Below are positions 1 through 6,696 of a stretch of DNA of 8,552 bases, piece by piece. Source of the DNA: Zygophlyctis sp. KS116 (lineage: Eukaryota; Fungi; Chytridiomycota); assembly GCA_054661495.1 (NCBI GenBank), contig BAAFSQ010000375.1:1-8552 (forward strand), written 5' to 3'. Position 1 is the first letter of the stretch. Each line of letters begins with the position of its first letter. The translations under genes were made by a program, and so were the position numbers. The notes beneath the pieces are model-generated. The model was not told the DNA's origin and ran no database searches. It worked only from the letters and a program-made list of their open reading frames with translations.

Positions 1-2
1 TC

Positions 3-77
3 GGGTGTTTATGTTATGCACATGTTCCAGATGAAAAACGAAAAAAGTTAGATGTTAAAGCTATGAAGTGTATATTT
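3..77 (+). mobile_element. Ty1/copia retrotransposon pol fragment (SH3-like domain C-terminal to integrase)
   Basis: Frame from nt 3 reads GCLCYAHVPDEKRKKLDVKAMKCIF, the characteristic copia 'FGC.aYah.p.ekRkKLD.ka.kcif.GY' motif. It ends at TTAGGGTTAGG, where LGY is expected. Confidence 0.9.
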
Positions 78-87
78 TAGGGTTAGG
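77..87 (+). repeat. short interstitial telomeric tract TTAGGGTTAGG
   Basis: 11-nt perfect match to (TTAGGG)n at the junction of the + strand copia fragment and the - strand zinc-knuckle fragment. Confidence 0.75.
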
Positions 88-252
88 AATTTCCTTCAAA
101 TGAGGCGGACAAAAGTCCTGGGGTCGTTTGGAAGATGCACATCGAAACGGTTTGTGTCCAAAACCACCGCAGTTTAAACATACAAGGGATTCATTGAATT
201 TGCCACCCTGTTTATTGTTGCCCTGGTTACTAGACTTTGAAATCGATTTTTT
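88..252 (-). mobile_element. retrotransposon Gag fragment with CCHC zinc knuckle
   Basis: Minus strand reads KKSISKSSNQGNNKQGGKFNESLVCLNCGGFGHKPFRCASSKRPQDFCPPHLKEI. C-X2-C-X4-H-X4-C lies at 139-180. Confidence 0.75.
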
Positions 253-255
253 TTA

Positions 256-501
256 GATCCTCTGTTAGAAAATAAGAATGATTGGCGAAGATCTGATTCA
301 GAAACCAGGTTCTACAATCGTAGAAAGCCTCTCTACACAGCCATTAACAAATTGGTGAATGTTAATTTCGAGATCCAGCAAGCTATTGAATATTTGGAAA
401 ATGTTAAAGGAGGAAACAGGTCCATTCGTAGACTCTGTGACTTAATTTTTAACTCTCAAAAGGATGATCAGTTCGACTTAAGAAATCTGGAGTTTAATTA
501 A
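256..501 (+). pseudogene. GCR1_C-like DNA-binding domain, 3' end only (Crypton-F-like or related gene remnant)
   Basis: Reads DPLLENKNDWRRSDSETRFYNRRKPLYTAINKLVNVNFEIQQAIEYLENVKGGNRSIRRLCDLIF...LEFN*. The WR....E.rfy.RRK....aI...Ai..LE.....S...L pattern is typical of GCR1_C. The N-terminal half of the domain is missing. Confidence 0.65.
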
Positions 502-801
502 TAAAGAAATTTATTATGCACAGTAGACATTCATCTTCAATATCTTCTTCTATCCTTATATCTTCTTCTTCTATCCTTATATCTTCTTCATCTGTTTCAC
601 TTGTATCTTGTTAAAATAAATCCCTATATTTGATAATATAAGCTTTAATCATTACTTTTTGAGATTATTTGAGATTGCTAGAATACAAATGTCATCACAA
701 ATCAAATGTCCTAGGGCATATTTATTCCTGGCCCTTAACGCGAAATTTACCAATTGTGGACTCACCTTAATAAATTTTCCGTCCCTAAGTATATGTGCAA
801 A
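498..801 (-). pseudogene. unidentified degraded coding fragment with acidic tail
   Basis: Minus strand reads FAHILRDGKFIKVSPQLVNFALRARNKYALGHLICDDICILAISNNLK, then after a frameshift VMIKAYIIKYRDLF*QDTSETDEEDIRIEEEDIRIEEDIEDECLLCII. It is protein-like but I do not recognise the family. Confidence 0.3.
541..593. repeat. 18/21-bp imperfect tandem repeat
   Basis: TATCTTCTTCTATCCTTA (541-558), TATCTTCTTCTTCTATCCTTA (559-579) and a partial third copy. Encodes EEDIRI repeats on the minus strand. Confidence 0.85.
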
Positions 802-914
802 CTACATTTAGTTTTAAAATTTTTCACCTTACCCGTGTTAAAGAATGAAGGGTTTATTTTTATATTTAGCAACAAAATTTAAGAATTAAGGGTTTAACTT
901 TACATCTAAGCCAC

Positions 915-1851
915 ATGAGAAAAAAATTTAAAATGATAACTCCTCCAGGATCTCCAGTAGCTACACTTGAACCAATTTTGAAGGAAATTTTGGAAAAACT
1001 TGAAATGGCCCAGTTTAAGATATCATCTCCGAGTATTATGGGGGTCATTCCAATTGATATCACATATAAAGATACCTTTCTGGATCAAACTTTAACTGCT
1101 ATCGTTAATTAGTCTCCTAACCTAGCTGATATTGGTAACTTCAAGCCAGGACACGCTTTTAAAAATAATAATAAGTTAGTGGATAAACCCCTCATGGGGG
1201 TCATTCCAATTGATATCACATTTAAAGATACCTTTCTGGATCAAACTTTAACTGGTATCGTTAAATACTCTCCTAACCTAACTGATATTGGTGACTTCAA
1301 GCCAGGACAAGCTTTTAAAAACAATAATATGTTGGTGGATAATCCCTAATCAGATTCTGACTGTTTCTGTTCCCAAAAATGTGCAATACATAGATGCACT
1401 CTCTAAATTTTCGGAAAAGTGTGCTGCAGCAAACATGGAAGATGACCCTATGATTAAAATGTAGGTTTTTAATGCAGATAAAGAACATTGGACTCTTAAA
1501 AATTCTCTTACTTGCAGAACAAAGAATAATTTGGCTATAGATGGTCTCTTTCAGTCTTTGGATAATAAAATGAAAGTCCAGGATAGTTACAAGACATGTG
1601 TTGCTCAGCTGCAGCAAAACACTTATCGGTAGACACAGAGTTCAGATTCGGAAAAAGGACGCCAGTGGTAAAGTATAACCTTTACCAGATCCAGTGATTG
1701 TAAAATTCCTTACATTTCAAATAGGCTTCCTCAAAACCAGTTTGGTCCGGGTTTCAAAATGGTCTCTGTCTTGCTTTAAAAAAAAGGAAATGGTTATTTT
1801 AGTATCGATTCGTCTGATACTATTTCAGCTATTGAACCTAGGAAAAGTTAG
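915..1851 (+). pseudogene. degraded gene, possibly HNH-endonuclease-like (HNH_2 type)
   Basis: Coding-like sequence continues past the TAG at 1110-1112 through several stops and frameshifts. It includes PLPDPVIVK.(L)HF (~1680-1720), then QNGLCL (1755-1772) and, after a frameshift, GYFSID (1792-1809). This resembles the HNH_2 'NGL.L...H..FD.G.FSID' motif but the catalytic His segment is missing. Confidence 0.35.
1038..1346 (+). repeat. 156-bp in-frame tandem duplication (2 diverged copies)
   Basis: ATGGGGGTCATTCCAATTGATATCACAT.TAAAGATACCTTTCTGGATCAAACTTTAACTG starts at both 1038 and 1194. Similarity continues to GGATAA.CCC (1190 / 1346). Unit is 52 codons. Confidence 0.95.
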
Positions 1852-1931
1852 TCTATTTTAGTGGTTAATAAAATTGATATTTTTCGATTTTTGCATGTAT
1901 TAGTTAATAATTTTTTTTCTTCGCCCAGCTA

Positions 1932-1976
1932 GTTAGGGTGAATACTAAGTCTACAGTTAAACTAACCCTTACCCTA
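1932..1976. repeat. opposed short telomeric tracts GTTAGGGT ... CTAACCCTTACCCTA
   Basis: G-strand tract at 1932-1939 and C-strand tract at 1962-1976 (15 nt, one mismatch), separated by 22 bp. They lie between the 3' ends of two convergent gene remnants. Confidence 0.75.
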
Positions 1977-2081
1977 CACCACCGAGCTTTGGATGTTGGA
2001 CCTTATTCATTTCTTATACTCTATTATTCACTTTTTATACTCTCTTTATATCTCTGTGACTTTAACTTTAATGATAAACTT

Positions 2082-3354
2082 TCAACAATAAACCCAATCT
2101 TCAACTTTCGGAAAAAGTATGATCTTAATTATGCCTGCCTCCGTAAAACCCTACGCTGTAAATAACCTGATTATTTCATCAGACTCTTTTAGAATTCTTG
2201 ACCTGACAGTATCAGAAACATATAGTTGCTGGAGTTTTAAATACATGATTTTTTTTACAAGATATGAGACTTCCAGCTTCCAGACCTTATTAATAGCTAG
2301 TGCTTATGTAAATCTACAAAATCTTTTGTATGTGAACTACTACATGATTAAGCCTTCGAGTTAGCATAAAAGCTAACTAAACCTCTTCTATCGCATACAA
2401 CACTGCCGATAAATGTAAAACAGTGAAAGTTAGTTTCGCAAACTCTGCCAGGAAGCTGTCATCCTCTATCAATTTTCTTTTTTCATTAATATTATTGTTA
2501 ATTATATCAAATGAGTCCTCTGGGAAGAGTTTTAATTTTGGGGGGTCTTTCTAACAATTAGAAACTCAATTTACATGAGAAGAATAATCAATTTTCCTAA
2601 TTCATGTATGGAAATTTTCATAGACTTTCAAATACAATTCTGTGTTTAAATGCCAGATTATTCCTTCTAAAATTTTTGAGTAAAACTGATTTTGACGCAT
2701 TTCTTCAAACGACACATTTTCATGATTGAAGCAAGTCGCGATAAATCTTTAATTAAAACTTAATTACATACCTCTCTAAAAAACCATCATGATTTTTATC
2801 ATTTATTTGAGAAATTTGATCATTGTTTCAGGGTGAATGAAACCGACAAAGTTTAAAACTACAGTTGGAATCTCATTCACACCCTTAGTCTTAATTACAT
2901 TTTTAAATTTTCCACCGCCGTGGAAATTCAAATACATAGTTCTGGCTTTGTTTTCATCCAGTTTCAATGATATATTCTTACCTTTAATTGAATACAATCT
3001 CTGAAAATAGTTTCAGCTTCGTTCGCCACATGAGGCAGCTCTCCATTGTTAATGCATAATTGACTTGTAAGGCCTTCTAGATTTCCATCTAAAAAAACAA
3101 ATTTACTTAGATTTACTTCACTTCCTGCAACCAATTTGGATATAGAATTTAGTGATGACGTTAATGCTTTTAAAATTGTTTTTTTGGTACTCTTTTTGCC
3201 ATTAGCAATTTGATCATAGTACGAACGAAAGTATTGGTATTAAGCCTGCTAATATTGCAATTGGATTTACCGCTAATGATGCACCTACTGGTTATGTTAT
3301 AATATTACTAATCTTATTGACTAGTTCTGCTGTAAGAGATCCACAACAGTGTTG
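2082..3354 (-). pseudogene. DUF3987/YfjI-like P-loop helicase pseudogene with probable C-terminal winged helix
   Basis: Ordered motifs on the minus strand across frameshifts: GASLAVNPIAILAGLIPILSF; degenerate Walker A GKKSTKKT (3177-3200); DGNLEGLTSQL; Walker B-like HVANE (3018-3032, D>N); RTMYLNFHGG; LNFVGFIHPETM; DGFLERY (2768-2788); VLHLSAVLYAIE; C-terminal IIRLFTA..TEAGII. Confidence 0.7.
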
Positions 3355-4154
3355 AATTTGGGGTACGGCTCGCCGGAGGCACTTTGACGTTTATGTGGAT
3401 TATGAAGATAAACGATTACACTTTGAACATTCGGCACCAACATGTACAAATGGATACACCTAATTGTCTTCCAAAATCTACCGTTTTCATTCGTCGATCA
3501 AGAAGAAAATAGAGCTAATTCAAAACTAAAACCAACTTGTAAGCAAAAATTCTCCCAAACGTGTTTGCTCTCATTTTTGATGGTTGGACTGCTGGTGATA
3601 CTCATTTTGTTGCCATATTCGCATCATTTATGCAACAAGTGCCAGTATTTGTAAAAAAGGACAAAGATGTCAAGACGACTCTCCTTAAAGCAATGTCACC
3701 AATGTAAGATGAAACTAGTCAAGACGCTGATATGCACCAGCTATTTATAATCTCAACACTTGCTACATATGGCAAAAAATTAGATAATGTCCGCGCATTA
3801 ATTGGAGATAACTGCAGCATCACATTGGGTGCTTTAGTCATATTTTAAATCTAGCCGTAAAAAAGGTTCTTTTTGAAAAAACCAAAATATGAAGGATTTA
3901 ATCGCTAAAGTTGCAGAGTTGATGCGTGTGTTGAATACTAGTAAAGGGGCAGGTCGTCTCGGTCAAATTGCGCATCTCGCTGCTGTTAAAAAAATGAAAC
4001 TAGATGAACTTCGACATATGATATGTTAGCCAGATTAGATAGATTAGCTCATGTGCTTCAAACATTATCGCTTGAGAACGCCGTAGCCTATAATATGCCA
4101 TATTACGTTGAATATTCAGCCATCAAGCCTGGTGCAATTGGGTGGGATTAACCA

Positions 4155-4188
4155 AATAATGATTTATTTGATAATAATGATTTATTTG
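4155..4188. repeat. 18-bp-period tandem duplication inside the hAT remnant
   Basis: AATAATGATTTATTTG at 4155-4170 and 4173-4188 (IMIYL-IIMIYL). Confidence 0.85.
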
Positions 4189-4321
4189 CAAAATGAAAAC
4201 ATTATTGTGGCGGATGCAAGCAAATGGTTTGATGCCATTATCAGAAATCATCTTTCTATGGGCTTCTATCTTTCTCATGAAGCTGCCCTTGTACTACATA
4301 ACCCAGATTTCTTAAAAGCTG

Positions 4322-4336
4322 TAACCCTAACCCTAA
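4322..4336 (-). repeat. interstitial telomeric tract TAACCCTAACCCTAA (2.5 units) inserted in hAT coding sequence
   Basis: 15-nt perfect (CCCTAA)n. Removing 4324-4336 restores AAA GCT GTA GTT AAA ATT CAA (KAVVKIQ). Confidence 0.9.
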
Positions 4337-4436
4337 GTTAAAATTCAAAATAATGCTAGCTATGAACTTACTGACGATGAACGAATTATTGTATAGTCTT
4401 TGAAAGTAGGTTGTGTTCAAAAGCCTTCGCTATTTC

Positions 4437-4589
4437 ATTTCCTTTGCTTATATTGTCAAGGCTTTTGGTGGTCAGAATGATGAATGTCTAAAGCCTAAAA
4501 TGGTTGGATATTTGTTGGAGTATCTGGTATCGTTTGGTTTGGTTGCAAATTATGCGAATGAAACCGCTGCCAATAGTATGAAGGCTTGA
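4437..4589 (+). pseudogene. unidentified coding fragment
   Basis: Reads SFAYIVKAFGGQNDECLKPKMVGYLLEYLVSFGLVANYANETAANSMKA*. It is protein-like and unrelated to the hAT sequence upstream; family not recognised. Confidence 0.3.
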
Positions 4590-4593
4590 AATG

Positions 4594-4604
4594 TAACCCT
4601 AACC
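4594..4604 (-). repeat. short interstitial telomeric tract TAACCCTAACC
   Basis: 11-nt perfect (CCCTAA)n immediately after the 4437-4589 fragment. Confidence 0.8.
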
Positions 4605-4719
4605 TGCTGAACTATGACATGTACTCCTCCACCTGAACCATGACACGGACTTAGACCAGATCCTCCAATAGCAACATAAGCCTACTCCATCCAATAGACC
4701 TTCTTACTCAGGATGAATA

Positions 4720-5950
4720 TTTCAACAGAATATGTAGCGCATTCCCCAGTAAAGGGACATCTTACCCATTAATCGTAGACTTAATATAGCTGAAACGATT
4801 ACTCTTATCATGGGTGAACATAACATACTTAGTCTTAGTAATGGCATTTAATCTTTTCACTATAGAAGCTTTTAAGTGAGGTTGAATTTTAAATAGTTCT
4901 CAAGTGGTAATAGGTGCTGGTTCATTTAATATCCGTTCAACAACAGATTCACTATCTAGTTTCGTGCTATTTGCATTTTAAGTTTCTTTGGATCTATCCC
5001 ATATACCTTTTTTGTATTTATTCCCACTGATGCTATATTTCTAGATTGATTCGCTAAATCATCTAATCTTATTCGCTTAGTTGAAAATGCCTCGTTTTCT
5101 TCCAAAGCTAAGAATACTTGTCCATTACCTAAAGGTACAGTATTTGATCCTGTTGCTGGAGATTTATTTGGTGTTTGGGAACGCTGATTATCTCTAGTGG
5201 GTCTATGTTCATGATATCTAGCTGGCGCATTGCAATTACTAGAATAGTGTCCCATTTCATTGCAATTATAACATCGAACTTCTTCCAATTGTCGTGGTAC
5301 CTTCTGCTTATTTATCATGAGAGCTAATGATCTAAATTGTTGCGCTAATTCATTAACATGCGAAGCTTCTGCGAATTTTGTTGTCAACTTGATCTATCTC
5401 TAACCTTTTCCAAAGTTTCTTATTCAATATTTATAGCTGATCGTTTTAAATCATCTAACTCTGCTGTTTTACTTTAGACGTCATTGTATGTCTTTAATGT
5501 TTCGTTTCTGATACAAATCCACCATATTTCATGATCAATTTGATGTTATGTCTTCAAATAGATATCTTATAGTAATTCAGCAGTATACATGTTATCAGGA
5601 ATGTGCGATAAATATTTGCGATGACGTAGATTGAAACAAAGTCAGAGTTTCATTATTCTCCGGTCGTAGCTGAGCCAATTCATAAAAGTTATAATTCTTT
5701 TTGTCTGCCTTTATGAACCCGCTGTATCTTTCTTTCAGTGCTTCAATCCATTGGTCATTTGTCCAGTTTAATATTGTTTTGTCCAAACTTTTTTTATACT
5801 GCCATAACGAAGCTGATCCAGATTATAATGCTATGAATAAGAGTTGCGCTTGCTATTCTGTCCAGGCATTTAAGAGCATAACCCTAAATTTCTTCATTGC
5901 CTTTAAACTTACGAAGGTTATCCTTGAGTGGTTAACTTTATATCTGCCAT
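4720..5950 (-). mobile_element. Ty3/gypsy-like retrotransposon 5' part: degraded gag and start of aspartic protease
   Basis: ATG at 5950 (MADIKL), then KFKGNEE, LLNAWTE.QAQLLFIAL.SGSASLW and WIEALKERY (retrotrans_gag-like). CCHC knuckle CYNCNEMGHYSSNC at 5232-5273. Then ILNEPAPIT..ELFKIQP and YIKSTING.DVPLL../ATYSV (eroded protease active-site region). Confidence 0.8.
5879..5887 (-). repeat. short telomeric tract TAACCCTAA inside gag
   Basis: 9-nt perfect match located at a frame change between FKGNEE and LLNAWTE of the minus-strand gag. Confidence 0.55.
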
Positions 5951-5969
5951 GATTATAATTCTTCTATCT

Positions 5970-6050
5970 TGGTGCAGATAACGCCGAAAATGAGGGGGTT
6001 GGTTCAATATAATTTATTCTCTTGACAATCAAACAAACTCTTGTCTAGTT
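5970..6050 (-). mobile_element. probable 5'-LTR end and primer-site region of the minus-strand element
   Basis: Minus strand reads AATAAA...AACCAACCCCCTCA | TTTTC GGCGTTATCTGCACCA, about 20 nt before the gag ATG. Position and CA end fit an LTR boundary. The upstream limit is uncertain. Confidence 0.4.
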
Positions 6051-6135
6051 CAATTAATCTAACCTGAATCTTAAGTTAAATGAATCTTACGATGTATGGA
6101 TGAGTTTAATTCGGACATTTTATACTTTTTACAGT

Positions 6136-6560
6136 ATGACCAGATGGGGTAGCCTATTCAGATGCATCGAAGGTATCTATAACTCGAAAGATGTTCTACA
6201 CACTGTAGTTACTGAGCGTAATTTCGCTCTATCAGCTAAGAAGGATGAGCAAATGAAAAGAATACTTGATTTTGTAACGGATGAATCCCAATTTATAAAT
6301 ATTTGACTTTGTTTCAAATTGAAACATGATCTTTTTAGAAAACAATACACCTCATGCGGAAATTTACAGGGTATTTGATTGCTTATTGTCAGCGGATATG
6401 AATAATCGTCTTTTGGATTATCACGAAAAGAGCTACCTTGACAAGTTGAATCATTCTAGATAGACTTTTATATATGGTGATGCACATGTGCTTATCTCTT
6501 GAACCCTCGATATTTGGGAGAAGGCTTTTCAGAAGTACTAGGAAATCAATTAATAGGTTT
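6136..6560 (+). mobile_element. second, distinct hAT transposase fragment
   Basis: TRWGSLFRCIEGIYNSKDVLHTVVTERNF...; then EKSYLDKL...DFIYGDAH/AYLLNPRYLGEGF. TRW and A.LLdPRy are hAT hallmarks. Frameshifted. Confidence 0.85.
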
Positions 6561-6616
6561 ATTTTAGTTCTAGGTTAATAATAATAAATTTTATCTTAAG
6601 AGTTTCATCTCTTACA
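6561..6616 (+). mobile_element. truncated 5'-LTR end (R/U5)
   Basis: AATAAA at 6583-6588; ends in ...TTACA (6616), 1 nt before the PBS. Confidence 0.65.
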
Positions 6617-6617
6617 T

Positions 6618-6640
6618 TGGTGGAGAATACCGGGATCGAT
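6618..6640 (+). promoter_or_regulatory. primer-binding site complementary to the 3' end of tRNA-Ala
   Basis: TGGTGGAGAATACCGGGATCGAT. Its reverse complement ATCGATCCCGGTATTCTCCA-CCA has the eukaryotic tRNA-Ala acceptor end (ATTCTCCA) and an ATCGA T-loop. Confidence 0.85.
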
Positions 6641-6696
6641 AAAAACAGAAAAAAAACTTTATAAAGACTTAAAAAAGTACTAAAAAGAGAAGAAAA

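Larger units (their letters stand above)
3365..4410 (+). mobile_element. hAT-superfamily transposase pseudogene (internal fragment)
   Basis: NMYKWIHLIVFQNLPFSFVD; LPNVFALIFDGWT..DTHFVAIFA (first catalytic D at 3579); LIGDNCS (D at 3807); SHILNLAV; NETR*TSTYDML (TRW motif); HNPDFLKAV/VKIQ....LTDDE. Multiple stops, frameshifts and internal deletions; no TIRs seen. Confidence 0.85.

Noticed and set aside
802-832. 31-nt minus-strand mini-intron (GTAAG...ACTAA...TAG)
   Set aside because: Splice signals are present, but there is no recognisable upstream exon or transcript evidence, and such motifs are common in AT-rich DNA.
1116-1284. CCTAACCTA(AC) motifs resembling TTAGG telomeric repeats
   Set aside because: They encode SPNL in both copies of the 156-bp duplication and are not at a breakpoint.
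1038-1346. CRISPR-like or array-type repeat
   Set aside because: Only two contiguous 156-bp copies with no spacers, in a eukaryotic TE context.
1315-2364. ORF-track entries 1315-1617(-), 1938-2165(+) and 2119-2364(+) (also 866-1063, 5701-5952, 6929-7114, 7643-7846)
   Set aside because: Antisense or off-frame shadows of the remnants described above, with no motifs of their own.
3355-3365. TTTGGGGT at the helicase/hAT junction (and TAGGTT at ~4407 and ~6554-6576) as telomeric scars
   Set aside because: Mismatched and too short to distinguish from chance.
4761-4767. CTTACCC telomere-variant motifs (also ~828-834, ~7235, 8262-8268)
   Set aside because: Short and mostly explained by coding context (ING*D from probable CAA>TAA, SLTP, KGVR). 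Chance occurrence is likely.
6618-6640. tRNA gene on the minus strand
   Set aside because: Only the 3' 23 nt including CCA are present, adjacent to an LTR end; this is a PBS.
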